From Eledone cirrhosa (Eukaryota), in the NCBI GenBank assembly GCA_964016885.1, contig OZ024743.1:280860001-280924000 (forward strand): a DNA stretch of 64,000 nt. Direction: 5' to 3'. The notes beneath the pieces were generated by a model that had not been told where the DNA came from, ran no database searches, and saw nothing but the letters and a program-made list of their open reading frames with translations. Of the stretch, positions 14,200-27,565 are shown piece after piece (position 1 is the stretch's first letter; the number at the start of each line of letters is the position of its first letter). The position numbers and the translations under genes were made by a program.

Positions 14200-14349
14200 C
14201 ATATACCTCAGGTAAAAAACACGTCCTTCTTCTTGTGTGCCCGGCTGGCATAGCTCCACACAATGATCGCGTCTCGAGCTGTCCGCCTGGGAAACAATTG
14301 TAACACACAATAAATTGAGTTCAGATGCATCACTGATTTTTCGTTTTCT

Positions 14350-14444
<95 letters not shown>

Positions 14445-14824
14445 GGTGGTATATGCTGAGAAAAAGATAAAGAGATTCTCTTGAGTTAGTATGAATAGAC
14501 AAGTATAGTTTGTAATTGAATTTAACTGAACATACTACCATACATAAGTATCGTATGATAATACTAGCATATTTAAGATGATGGTTTCTGTTTCTAAATT
14601 CATTTTATAATATATTTAACCGATACAATTTTGAGTTATATTTGATTGGACCGATTAAATTTATCTCTTTTGGTTTCTGTTCTTGAGCGCTTTAAAGTCC
14701 ATTTTCTCCTGCATCTAATTCAATTTTTAAATTTACAGCTAGTTGCTGACGGTGAATATTAATTTAAGTATATTGCCTCTATTTTAATACGTTTTAACGT
14801 ACGATGATGACGAACAGTATGTTA

Positions 14825-15540
14825 TTAATAATAATAATGATTTCTTTTATTCACCGCAAGGGCCCAAGACATTGGGAACAATACAATAACAAAAACAACG
14901 CAGAGTGGGCTTTATATAAAGTAAAGGAAAAGGAATACCATCGAACAGAAAACAGTAGGAGTGAAAATAATAGAAATTGTAATAAATAAACGTAACGATA
15001 GAAAATAATCGAATATCAACAAGGACAAGTTCCCCAACTAAAGGTGATTGTTCTTTAGAATAATTCCAGGAAGAAACCACACACGAACCCTTAGATTATT
15101 CTGTTCTTTATTTAGAAATGCATAATCAGATTAGGCCAGTTCAACCTCGCCAATCTCATTGCTCTCACCCATCTTTCATAATTCATACTAGAAAGTAGCA
15201 TCTCCCTCTCTACTTTCGTATTCCTCTTCAAGTTCCACTTGGAAAAGTTGATGAGTGCTTGGCCGGAGTGGAAGATTCATGTCGGCAATCATGTTAAGCG
15301 AGTCCACCATACAGTTTCCTCCGCCATAGCTACCAGGCAAATGATGCCTTGCCGCACATCTCTTCTAAAAGGTGGCTATTCAATTCTCACTATAGACACG
15401 GCTGATTGTCAAACCTGTCATACACATGATAGTTGTTCCACAGAAACCGACAACTCTGCAATGCACGGACACTTGTGGATAGAACGGTTTCGTCACCCTG
15501 AGTGCATCTTTGACAGGTCCGGCTGGTGGTACTTCAATCC
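14825..15540 (-). mobile_element. 3' relic of an L1/Tx1-like LINE
   Basis: The minus strand gives degenerate CQRCTQGDETV (zinc-knuckle-like) and KWNLKRNTKVEREMLLSSMNYERWVRAMRLARLN, then a 3' UTR ending in AATAAA and an (ATT)n tail. The clade is assigned from recalled similarity. Confidence 0.55.
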
Positions 15541-15559
15541 CTGTAAAGCTTGTCTCCAG

Positions 15560-15665
15560 CTTGGTCCTGTCAACAATTTTGGGGGAGGAAAAAGTCGATT
15601 AAATTGACCCCAGTGCATTACTGATGCATTTATCGACCCCGTATGGATGAATGCAAAGATCTTTA
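15560..15665 (-). mobile_element. Fragment of a tRNA-derived SINE (tcgacccc...ggatgaa family)
   Basis: gtcgattaaattgaccccagtgc...tttatcgaccccgtatggatgaatgcaaag matches the copies at ~21950 and ~29740. Confidence 0.6.
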
Positions 15666-15689
15666 GTGCTGAAATGAAAACCACGCAAA

Positions 15690-16365
15690 AAGCAAAGCTG
15701 GTAAAAATAATTGCAAAGAAAGCATTGTTAAAGAAACTGGCTGAGAAATAGCAAAAAAAGCCTCTTTATGGAAAATACCCAGAAAGAACTAACACTCCCG
15801 ATGTTGACAAAATTTAATCTATCAGTGGCATCTTGTGGACTGAAATCGGAAACTAAAGGACTGATTATATGAGCACAAGATTCATATCTACCAACAAAGA
15901 ACTATCAAGTTAATATCATGAAAAATAGATGCAACCCATTATGCCGTCTGTGTAAAAAAACAACACGAGACTATTGATCATATAATTCCAGTGGGCAGTC
16001 TTTTAGCTCAAACCGAATACCTTAACCGGCACGACAGCTGCACAATACATACTTTGGATAACGTGTAAGTATTTCGATCTTCCACACCAAAAGAATTTGA
16101 AAAGGGTTATATTTTGTGGAACTTTAGAGTTTAAACAGATCGGAAAATTGATGCAAATGGACCTGATATATTATTGAAGGACTTTAAACAGAATGTATGC
16201 CTGCTAATTGACATGATTGTTCCTATAGAAAAAATTGTATCTGTAAAAAAACATTTGAAAAACTAGAGATTAGAAAAATGTGGAAGTTGTGAGCTAAAAC
16301 AATACCAGTGGTTGTAGGCACTTTAGGAATGATACCTAAGGAGTTTAATGATTACTTATCCCAAA
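15690..16365 (+). mobile_element. R4/Dong-clade non-LTR retrotransposon relic (CCHC knuckle plus restriction-like endonuclease)
   Basis: Frameshifted translation: KPLYGKYP, GLKSETKGLII*AQD, CRLCK..ETIDHII, EYLNRHD, ILWNF..TDRKIDANGPDILL...CLLIDMIVP, EIRKMW...TIPVVVGTLGMIP. The RHD and PD..D RLE motifs are typical of R4/Dong. Confidence 0.8.
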
Positions 16366-16403
16366 TTGTATATGCATATCTATATATATATATATATATA
16401 TAT

Positions 16404-16659
16404 ATATCACATAAGAAATGGAGAAACAGTGGTGCGACTCTGAAATCGCCAGATCCTCGGATATGTCTCGATTCTACGAAGCAGAGTTTGGAAACTCTGC
16501 TTCGTAGAATCGAGACATATCCGAGGATCTGGCGATTTCAGAGTCAGGTTTGATCACTGCATCGACCGTGTCTCGAGTCTGGTCGCCAGAGAAACGATTG
16601 TAATATGACTAATAAATCTTATTCGTCGCACCACTGATTCTCCATTTCTTATGTGATAT
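16404..16659. mobile_element. 256-bp element with 35-bp terminal inverted repeats enclosing a perfect 110-bp palindrome
   Basis: atatcacataagaaatggagaaacagtggtgcgac (16404-16438) versus gtcgcaccactgattctccatttcttatgtgatat (16625-16659), one mismatch. 16436-16545 is two 54-bp perfect arms around gg. Confidence 0.85.
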
Positions 16660-16749
16660 TATACTCTGCTCTGTAAGAGCGTTGAGTGCTCAAACGGCAT
16701 ACCGCTTACGGACGCTTTAAGCATCCCAAACCAATTATATATATATATG

Positions 16750-16873
<124 letters not shown>

Positions 16874-17094
16874 CATATATATATATGCATATTATTAGTG
16901 CTAGTGCTGATGTTATGAATACATATCTGTACATATACAATTCAAGATTTACCGAAACTGAGGTAATGTTTGTATAAATATACATATTGAGTATATAGAC
17001 ATATGAATATGTTAATTTTACGTATTTATCTGTATATATTAAAATAATGATGAACACCGTTAATCAATTTTCAAATCTTATTGGAGTCCCATCA

Positions 17095-17184
<90 letters not shown>

Positions 17185-19754
17185 GAAATTGAAAGAGATT
17201 TAATTTCCTTTGCTCGAGATATTTCATGTGAATATCCTTCAATATGATGAGCTATTATATATGTATATGTATATATATATGTATATATATATATATATAT
17301 TCAACCGGCCTTATCCATATTGTAAGTGACATATTCTACCATACAATATCCCTTACCATTTACCTTAACTAGTCATTTGTTTAGTGTTCACCGATTCTGT
17401 CGTTTAGCTAAATATTGTTATCGTTTTTCCTATTACCATGCTGTCATTTTCATTGGTCCATTCAGTATTATATCCGGTTTTTCTAAATTGTTAGTAATTT
17501 GTCGCTTTTCTTTCTGGTGTTGCTAAATAATATTGTTCGTGCCTGGCCGTGTGTTATTTTCACGTTTATTTGGTGTGGGAGAGATTTTAGTCGTTTTATA
17601 AATGTATCCGGTTTTTCTAAATTGTTATATCTGTTGTGTATTAGTGTCGCATTTGGTGTCGCTAAATATTATTCTGTTTAGATGTCAATTCATTCATTAT
17701 TATTTTTCCATTGGCTTAGTCAGTGTAGTCTTATTTTCTCATTGTATTCACTATTGTTCCACTGTAGCTGTTACTTTGTCAGACCAATTTTTAAAACTGA
17801 ATATATTTTGATGCCTGCATCATCATATTATCTTAATTTTCCTGATGAACAATCATATTTGTTGCGCAATAATGTCTTTTTGTGTGAAAAAACACGGACA
17901 TGTGTTGGAACTATTTACGTAAAAGATGGCACTGTCTATCTAGTATTACCAGTTTCTATTTTGCTTCTTTGGGTTCCAAATATACTATGATGAAGACGCT
18001 GCGTTTTTTCTGTATATTTTGTGGAACGATGTATGTACTGTTGCAATTGTTGATTGTAACTGAATGATTCCCTTAAATGACTATATATTTTATTAACTAA
18101 TTGTTTTATCTTTGCTGCAGAAACCTAATTACGTATTAAATGTTCAAAGTTCTTCCACTGCTTGCTTTGGGAAAACATAATGTTAACAAACTTCTAATAG
18201 CTTTCCTAAATTGTGCATTTAACATTTCTGTTTTAAATTTCTTATGTTGTAAAAATTGCAAATAATGAAACATACTCTATGTTATGTAAATATGTAGTCA
18301 GCTATATAAGTAAATTATCATTTATTTCACCAAGTGACTAATTTACCATTTCTCTAAATGACGAGCTTATATGTGTATATATATGTGTGTGTGTGTGTGT
18401 GTGTCTGTGAGTATATATATATATATAGAGAGAGAGAGGGGGAGATGGTTGAGAGGGGGAAGATAGATAGATATATTATACATACATACATACATATAAA
18501 CACAATTGTATTCACATACACACACACATATGTGTGTGAGTCTGTGTATGTGTGTCTGCGTGTGTATGTGTGTATGTGTGCATGTACTGTACGCTATTAT
18601 CTAAAACCGTACATGTATATATAATAACAACGATAACCGGCCTTGTTAATAGATATTATTGAAAGCACAGTAATTTAACCTTTACTCCTACTATCGAATA
18701 GAAATATCGACAAACAAAAAAATACGTTTTCCTTTTCAGTGGACAATAAATTGAAAGGGAAAATGAGCGAAAAAATTATATGTATAAAAACTATACAAAT
18801 AATCTAAAATACCTTAAACATAGTCGTGTTAAATTAAGTAATCACAAGGAATGGGGGAATTTCCTAATACTTGAAACTTCTAATGCTATGGCAAAATGGG
18901 ATAATCATGTCAGTCGAGAGAGTAAACTGTATGTTACAACACGCATGGGTGAACTTAACCGGAAGTTTGAATCAAAAGCTGGCTTCTTTTTACGCAGCTC
19001 AAATATGGCAGTCACAATAAGGAAAATAAATGGATGAGGTAAGCAACATTGGAATAGAAAGGAACTGGAACTATAGAAAAGGAAGAATTTAATGCAGATT
19101 CTTGAGAATCTCCTTTGAATGGAGAAAGGAAGTTCCAAACGGCGAAGCTGTCTTTGCTGAGATGACAAATGTTCCGATTCTGGAAATGTGAATCGATTGA
19201 GTATTAAAAGAAAAAAGAGAATTGGAGGGGAGATGTGGGGTACAAAGGAGAAAAGTGAGGAAGGAAAGAAGAGAAAAGGAGCGAGAGAACAGGGTAGAGG
19301 GAGAGAGGGGGAGAGAATGAAATAAACGGATAGAGAGAGGGAGAAGAAGAGAGAGGGAAGGAGAGAAAGAGTTAGAGAGAGGAGAGAAAGAGAGGGGGAG
19401 AGAAAGGGGGAAAACGGAGAGTCAAAGACAAAAACAGAATGACAAGAAGAAAAAAATTGTGTGCCTGTATGTGGGCGTGAGGAAGTGTGTGTGATGACGT
19501 GTGCGTGAATACGTGTGTATGTAAAGAAATGTGTGCGTGAGTATTTGAAAGTGTGTGTTTGTGTGTGTTTATACGACGAAGTGTGTGCATATGTGTTTGT
19601 AAAAATACTTATGTGTGTGGGAAATTGTGCGTCAGGAAGTGTATGTGCGAGTATGTATGCTCGCATGAAATTTGTGGCTGTCTATGTGTTGAAAAATGTG
19701 TGTCTGTAACGAAATGCATTTATGTATGTGAGAAAAATGTATGTGTAGATGTGT

Positions 19755-19813
<59 letters not shown>

Positions 19814-20260
19814 TGTGTGCGTGTGTCTATGTGTGTGTGTGTGTGTGTGTGTGAAGGCGGAGGTGGAAGGATAGAAGCAAGACATTTAAAGTCAGAGGAA
19901 CAACCGGAAGTGGATATTTCAGTGAAATGCAGCATGAGAAATATATGTCCCGTGATACTTGGTCGACCACTGTCGAGAAATATATGGGAGGTGGTTGTGG
20001 TGGTGGTAGTGGTAATGGTGTGTGGTGGTGGTGGTAGTGGTGGTGTGGTTGTGGTGGTGGTGTGGTGGTGGTGTTGATGTTGTACTGATTGTGGAGGGGT
20101 TGTTGGTGTTGTAGTATGGCGGTGGTGTGTGTGGGGGTGGGGGGTTGTCGTTGTGGTGGTGGTGTTGCTGCTGCCGCTACTGATAGCGTTGGTCACTGTT
20201 GTTGGCGGTGATGGTGGTGGTCATCATCGTCATCATCGTGGTAATGATGGCGGTTGTTGT

Positions 20261-20629
20261 GGTAGTGGTGGTAGTGTTGGTGCTGGTGGTGCTGGTGGTA
20301 GTGGTGGTAGTGTTGGTGCTGGTGGTGCTGGTGGTAGTGGTGGTAGTGTTGGTGCTGGTGGTGCTGGTGGTGCTGGTGGTAGTGGTGGTAGTGTTGGTGC
20401 TGGTGGTGCTGGTGGTAGTGGTGGTAGTGTTGGTGCTGGTGGTGCTGGTAGTAGTGGTGGTAGTGTTGGTGCTAGTGGTGCTGGTGGTAGTGGTGGTAGT
20501 GTTGGTGCTGGTGGTGCTGGTGGTAGTGGTGGTAGTGTTGGTGCTGGTGGTGCTGGTGGTAGTGGTGGTAGTGTTTGTGCTGGTGGTGCTGGTGGTAGTG
20601 GTGGTAGTGTTGGTGCTGGTGGTGCTGGT
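20261..20629 (+). repeat. 36-bp GGT-derived minisatellite (~10 copies) within a GGT/GTT-rich tract (~19990-20720)
   Basis: Unit ggtagtggtggtagtgttggtgctggtggtgctggt, which translates as GSGGSVGAGGAG. Confidence 0.9.
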
Positions 20630-21039
20630 TTAGTGTTGGTGGTTGTTTTTGTTGTTGTTGTTGTGGTCATCATCGTGGTGATTGTTGTGCTGGTGGTGGT
20701 AGTAGTGGTGGTGGTGGTGGAGGTGTGGGGAAGCGAGTGTCGGTGGTGGTCATGGGGGACTGAACTGGACTCGTTGTCGTCGTCGTATTGTGGCAGAATG
20801 AAAGTGTCCAGTCACTCAAGAAAAGTGGGCAGGAAGTTACAATTTGAAGAGATGAAAGCAGAATTTCGGAAGATTTGCCGAACAGTTTTCGAATTCATCA
20901 TGCAAGATAATTTTTCGTGACCAACCATGAAACTCGGGGAATTTTTTATATATATATATATATCTTTTTATTAGTTGAGTGTTGAGGAAGGGGCTGTGCC
21001 TATACCATTTATTAGCACTTCGAGACTGATACGATTGAT

Positions 21040-21790
21040 TCCATTAACGTTTCGCTTAAACTGTTGCGAGTCGCTGACAGCAGGAAGGAGATGGGCAATT
21101 CCAGGAAAAAGAAGAAGGATTAGGCATAGTTATTAGGAATGGGCTTGTGAGTGGACACAATATTGGTGATGAAAGGAGATGCAAATTAATGGTTTGTGCC
21201 TGAATTGCAATGACGCGTGTCCAACCATCTCCAAAGAGCAGAGTCCAATATAGTAGCAGTAGAAGAGGCAGAGAGTGACAGCACGTCTGTAGACCAGAAT
21301 TTAGAGCATACCTGTAACGAACTTTATGCTAATCAACAGTACCGGATTTAGGACAAATGAGGCCCCGTGATAGTTAAGTTATGTGGCCCCTTACTTGGGC
21401 CTTGAAGGAGGTAAAACCTTTTTTTGGTAGGAAGATTCCCCCCACGCCCCACCCAAGCCACGGGGTCCTCTTCTTAAGCACACCCAAACACAATGGTAGA
21501 TCCGGTACTGCTAATCAGCCTTTCCCTATAATGTTTATATGTATAGGAACACCGTACCAGATGTTGGAGCAAGACTACATGATAGGTTTCAGATGAGCTT
21601 TGTAGAGGGTTAGTGGTTGTATGAATATTTTGTGGTCGTCAAGAGAAAGGTTAGTATCTGTGATGCGGTCTTTGTTATGTTGAGTTTATGCATTCGCATT
21701 TAAAGCGATCGTGAAGCATTTTGCTGCATGCTGCTCATGTTGGAGGATAATTATGTGCATTAAGTCTTTCTTGATACATCCAGTGAGAAT
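21040..21790 (-). mobile_element. Degenerate 3' part of a LINE ORF2 (Jockey/CR1/L2-like)
   Basis: Minus-strand fragments LTLYK..LKPIM*SCSNIW, YRRAV..CLFYCYYIGLCSLEM, SFF..WN and FKRNV resemble the post-RT region of these LINEs. Confidence 0.55.
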
Positions 21791-21899
21791 GATGCTGTGA
21801 TGGTCGTAATCATGCTGTTGATAGTGTTGATGGTGGTGATTGTGATGATAATAGTGATGGTGATATTGATGATAGTATCAGTGGAGTTATGGAGAGGTA

Positions 21900-22065
21900 A
21901 TAATTGTTTCTACTTTAGGAACAAGGCCAGCAATTTGAAGGGGAGGGAAAAGTCGATTAATTTCAACCCGATGCATTAATGGTGCTTTATTTATCGACCC
22001 CGTAAGGATGAAAAGCAAAGCTAACCTCGACCAAATTTTACCGCAGAACGTATAGTGCCGTAACT
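21900..22065 (-). mobile_element. tRNA-derived SINE, with a GAT/GGT-rich tail at ~21790-21900
   Basis: taattgtttctactttagg...aaggccagcaattt...tcgaccccgtaaggatgaaaagcaaag matches the copy at 29677-29860. Confidence 0.7.
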
Positions 22066-22169
22066 CATAATAATGGAGGGATATGTCGTCGTTATTCTGG
22101 GAGTCCTGTCAGATGATATCCATCATACCTAGATTAAGAGGAGCTGTGTGTGATAGCAGAAACAGGGTG

Positions 22170-22171
<2 letters not shown>

Positions 22172-22227
<56 letters not shown>
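22172..22227. repeat. (GTA)n microsatellite
   Basis: Directly visible. Confidence 0.95.
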
Positions 22228-22479
22228 AAGCAGCTGCAGCAGTTAGGGATGACACTAGGGATGTGCTCCGACATGCGTTTATGTGAATGTACGTCCATCT
22301 ATGAAAGTTTTACTTCAGAGCGTCAACAACTCATCGGACTGGAAATATTTTCTAACCAAATAAAAAAGAGTTATGAACAAAATGATATGAAATTTACTGC
22401 TGACTCTTATGTAAATTTAGCTGGTTTCCTGTGAGGTTGCGTAACATGGAAGTTTTCTTTAGTGTTTTAAAGATACAGG

Positions 22480-23050
22480 CTGCAGTCATATCATGAAAAG
22501 CAACGAAAAATGAAGCGTATTGTTAAAGAACACAACGCGCAGCCCGCTCCAAGAATCGAAGCCATGACTTTATGATCGTAGTTTCAACACCTTAAACACT
22601 AGGCCACGCACTTCCACTACGAGCAAAATAGTACAAAAATAAAAGATCACTGTTATACTGTGCCACCTTTTATCGAGCACGAGTATGTTTAAGGTTACGT
22701 TAACCTAAGCATGATGAGTAAAAGCATGTAGCCGAGGGCTTATGCGTTTGGGCTCACGATCGTAAGGTCATGGTTTCCATCTCCAAGCAAGGAGGCATTT
22801 TATGCTTTTGAAGGGATGTGAGTTTAAGTTGACCTAAGCATGACTCGTGAATGTGCATAGCCTCGTGTTTAGGATGTTGGGCTTATAATTTTAAGTTCAG
22901 TGGTGCGTTGAACCTTGGACAGCACCCTGCATTTCACGTTGGTTTCGTTCATTCAGCTGAGAATTAATAACGAGAGCGGCTAGGAGTTAAACTTTATGCG
23001 CGAAACCGAGATAAGCACCGGTTTGATGAGCATTTAGGCTTATGAAAGAC
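22480..23050. mobile_element. Cluster of degenerate tRNA-headed SINE pieces in both orientations
   Basis: Minus-strand head at ~22525-22612 (reverse complement gtggcctagtgtttaagg...cttcgattc). Plus-strand heads at ~22727 (gtagccgagggctta...cacgatcgtaaggtcatggttt) and ~22853. Confidence 0.45.
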
Positions 23051-24804
23051 TTAAAGTAAGGCTCGAACGAATGCAAAAGAGAAAGATAGAGGTAAGAACT
23101 TTGATGTATTTAATCAAATATTCTACCATTTTTCTCTCTATAACTTTATTTCATGTTGCTCAAATTCACTCAGCTGGCAAAGAGGAGTTGTACCTGTAAT
23201 TCAAATGGCTAGCCTTGTTACAAGCTGTGTCACACTGAATCCCCATGAGATCTACGTTAAAAATACTTAGCCTCTTAGAGTAGGCTGTTCCGTTGACCAA
23301 ATAACTGAAACAATCGTGGTCGGAACCGACAGAAGTTCAACAACATTGGTGTAAAGTGGGTAAATGGAAGTTGAGAGGTGTGAAATTATACCCCTTACTT
23401 GGTATCCTTGGGTTTTTTTTATCTTTTAGACGGCAAGCATCTCTAAGAGAGGGATTTTTTCTACTAATTGCAAAAATAATCTCAGTTACTTGACGTTTCC
23501 CAACTCCTTATATTATGTACGTGAGACATTACCATATGATTTTTGTGTATCAGTGTGATTTATCTGTGTTCATGTGCATGTGTGTTCGTATACATCTCAA
23601 TGTGTGTGATTGAATGTGAGTACGTGCAATAAATTTGTTGTCTAAACCCAAGCTAGCCCTGGCGGAACAGTTCTATGATCAAAGATGTTCCATCTATGAA
23701 CGTCCTGTCGAATATTAAATATATTAGACACAGCATATATATGAGCTCGTCATTCAAGAGTATATAATATGATTTGAAGAAAATATGGCTGCTAATTCCA
23801 GCAGGTCGAGCAAACATCTAGATGCTTCTCCTCGTGATAATACTTCTAGTAATTATGGGGGAGGGGTGATCATGACGACAGCGATAAGGGTGGAGACAGA
23901 GAAGAAGTGAAAATGTGTAATGATGGGTGATGGATAATGCTCAAGAAAAAAATAAAAATGCACGTTTCCTGTTGATTTTACGTGACGGCAATGAACAAGA
24001 ATGAAAACATACACGTGTATGTATACATATATATACATGTGTGTCTGTGTGCGTGCGCGTGTTTGGTGTGTATGTCTATGATGGGACTGCATATATATAT
24101 TTATATGTGTGTGTGTGTGTATAGTCCCATCATTGGTAAACCTACCATGCAGAATCGATTGTTATCCGTTAGGACAGACAGTAACCAGCGTGTTTCTGCT
24201 GCTGTCTCAGCTTGTTGTTTCTTTTTTTATATAGCCTTAACTTGTTATATAAGCCATACCGTTGACACACGATGATAAATCACTTCCTTCTGATCAATAA
24301 ACCCAATCCTTATCACATACTCCAGATTCATACACTCGAACTATTTCCAGGGTAGGAAGAACAATAAATATGAATACGTTTAAAAAGAAACTGTCTAAAA
24401 ATACTTAATGAAATAGATATCTGTTTATTTTGGATTGTGTTGTAGTGGCTATGAAAGCAATGGGGTGGCAGGAGCTATATAGTGCTGGTTAATATGGCTG
24501 GTAGTATTTAGATACATCTGCTTGCGTTCTAAATTCACATCGGTGAGTGATTGACTTTACAGTAGACTCTCTATGTCTGGTGAAATATAAGGTGAAACTC
24601 TGTCAATTCTGAATATGAGAGTTCCGGTTGTACGAACAATGGAACAGTCTGCTCTTGAAATTAACGTACAAATAGCTGAGGATTTCACTGGCACGTGTAC
24701 CCATAAGATAATTCGCAGATAGGTTCCACGTGTCAGTGTGTGAGAAGGATGACTCTTTGAATTACAGGTACAACGTATATTTCTCAGCTGGAGGAAAATT
24801 AAAT

Positions 24805-24885
24805 AAAGTGGCTTGCTCAAAGACAGCTCGCGCCGCTGGGAATCGAACTCGCGGCCTTATGATCGTGAACCAAATAACCTAACCA
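24805..24885 (-). mobile_element. tRNA-like SINE head
   Basis: The reverse complement carries tggttagg...cacgatcataaggccgcGAGTTCGATTCC (Pol III B-box). It resembles ~22525-22612. Confidence 0.5.
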
Positions 24886-25949
24886 AGAGCTCTCAATGAC
24901 ATAAGTGCCGTCATGTACTCTGGATCCTTATTCAATCAACTCTATTCCATTTGAAGAGGTGGATTTTCAAAATCGTTAGAAGATCGGACTAAATGCCAAG
25001 CAGTATTTAATCTAACTCACCGTGCTATTAGTTTAAATACTAGCCCACCCCACACCAAAACTCAAATTTGTTTTTCATTATTTTGGGGTCGATAAAATGC
25101 CAATCAAGGGTGGGGAGGGGGGTTGATGACTATGATAGAGTATTATGCTGGATTTCTTGCTGTATATGTACCGGTTCTGTGAGTTCGAATTCCGCAAAGA
25201 ATTGATAAATAAACAAATGGGTACTATACTACTGTTGGTTGGTCACTGCCTTCTCTTGTACCTAGGAACTATAAATAAGAATTCAATATATATTATGTAC
25301 AAGGATCACTTTCATTAGCAGTTAGTTTCAATTACCAGCCAGTTTCAATTCCCGATTACTGTATTTAATGGCTTATGAGGTGCTCAGGCTTGTAAGACAT
25401 CCCTCAAATTTAACAAGACCTTACTATGGTTTTCGTGGATTTTCATAGATGAAGGAGATAGATACCATTAACGTTCAGAATGTAATGAGCTAGAATAAAT
25501 ACTGCAAGGCTTTTCGTCCACCGCTCTACCGCTTATGATAATTCGCCGCCTTTAAATATAGTATATTTCCATTTTCTTCCTTCTACTAATATTGTGGGAT
25601 AGACATAATATTGTGGGATAGACATGAACATAACCTATTATCGTTGATTATAAGTCTCATCAGTTATCAATATCATGCCCTGAGTTACATTTCTTATAAG
25701 AGCTATACCCTAGTCCTCAGTTGTTATTTCATATACTTGTTTTTTTTAATCATCCTGTATGTTGTTTACAGATATAGTGTATAGAATGTTATAATATCTG
25801 GCATGTCCTTCCTTTGTTATAATGAGAGTTTGAGAATTGAAGCAAAATTCGTTTATCTGTTTAAAAGTCCGTGCGATTGAGTAGGGGCTGTCTCGTTGGG
25901 TAGATGAAAATAACAATACATTGGAAGTTATTTTTTTAATCCAGGCACT

Positions 25950-26480
25950 GCAGTAATAGAGAAATTTTATATAATGGAGAAAACTTGGGAGAGTTGACAT
26001 TATTTTCTACGAAACAGTGTACAATATCTGATATCAAAGTTTAGAAGAAAAAGAAAGAACTTCACTCGAATTCATTGGAAATGAAGGATTTCATTTAGAT
26101 GTTGACAATAATGCTAATTGATGGCATTAATTGAAGAAAATCTAGAAGTTACTTTTTGAAATATGGCTCAGTAATTGACTATTGTCAACTCGACAATATG
26201 AAGTTAGTTAAAGGAATTTGAAATAGCTGAACAAGTGGGTTCCAAAGATAAAAAATATTACCATTGAGCAATGAGTGTGTGTAACGCTTCTTTCATGCAA
26301 TAAAAGGGAAGTATTTCTTAACCAATTTATAACATATGATGAAACGTGAAATCTGCTAAATTCACATTTAAATAGACTATTCTTATTGTAAATGGTTTTC
26401 CGCTAGGCAATCATCATAGCTGCCAATATTTACTATGAAACAGGATATACACAAGTAGTGTCCGCCTATTTTTTGAGATG
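25950..26480 (+). mobile_element. Highly degraded mariner/Tc1 transposase relic
   Basis: Fragments LMALIEENL, LNKWVP (WVPHEL-like) and FLNQFITYDET* (FLxRIVTGDEKW-like). Boundaries are uncertain. Confidence 0.55.
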
Positions 26481-27214
26481 CTAATGAGTTTCTTAAGATA
26501 GACACTAACCATGTGGCTACAATCGTGGATGGAATCTAAACCAAGAATCAGACTCGGTAGGTCAAGGGCTTATCTCTCTTTGTTCTATAGTGATTGCAAT
26601 ACAGTGAGCATTTGATTTCTTCTTGAAATAAAAGACTTTTTATTATTTTGCAGTTATGGATAGATAGTGAATTCAATTGAGTCGACGAAGGAACCACGGT
26701 ATGGCAGCTCAACCTGCTAGGAATAGCAGTCAAATCTCCCTCTAATCACATATTACTGATTTAGAAAACAGCACATTGGATAAGCTTACAATGAATGTAC
26801 TGTGCTAGGAAGTGTGGATGGCCACAGCTGGAAAGCTGGAATGAATTGATTATAGGCATGCTCGTTCTGGGATTACCTGGAGACTAAACAACAACTGGTA
26901 CTTTTAACATAGACGCTTCATGAAATATGAAATACAATATATATTAGAAAAACATAAATGTATAAAACATTTAGTTCGGCAAACAAAGTTTCTACCATCA
27001 CCATTTCCATAGTGAGGCCTGGTCAAACCATTACTTTTACAGCTACCTATTCACGCTGGTCAAATATGGTTTGGACGGAGTAACCAGGTGGTTGGGCGAT
27101 TGGCTCTGACCATCGTCACGTAGTGGAATTTGATTTCAGAACACAAAGACCTGGAATGGATATCGTAAAAGATCTCCCATTAACACTTTAATAATTCAAC
27201 CAATCGATCGTCAT

Positions 27215-27565
27215 GAATTGGCACTTTATTTATAGACCTCAATGAATAAAATGCAGGATTTGAACTCAGCGCAGAGAACCAGAACGAATACCAGAACGAA
27301 AACATTTTGCCCAATGCTCTAACAACTATGTCATTCGCTACCCTTAAAATTAGAAATTTGGATTTTTAGTATTGGCACCATGTCACATATTTTTAGGGGA
27401 GTTTATAGTTTATTCAATAAATCCAAGTACTTGAACAATACTTAATTTATCTACCCAGATGATGAAAGGCAAAGTTTTCCTCAGTGGGATTTAAACACAG
27501 ATCCGGAAGAGTTATAGCTAAAAATCTTTTGTCAGAAGAGCTAACGATTCTACCAATCCACAACT
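27215..27565 (-). mobile_element. Two degenerate copies of the tRNA-derived SINE
   Basis: ggcactttatttatagacct...ggatttgaactcag and gatgaaaggcaaagttttcctcagtgggatttaaacacag...ctaacgattctacca. Confidence 0.5.

Noticed and set aside
18740-19038. Candidate exon (ttttccttttcag| ... gag|gtaagc)
   Set aside because: All three frames contain stops near the start and no partner exons are recognisable.
21040-21090. Minus-strand gcGAAACGTT as a minimal hammerhead
   Set aside because: There is no CUGANGA upstream, and the sequence is explained as LINE ORF2 codons (FKRNV).
25587-25624. 19-bp direct repeat (taatattgtgggatagaca x2) as a TSD or regulatory site
   Set aside because: The copies are adjacent with nothing between them, so this is a simple local duplication.
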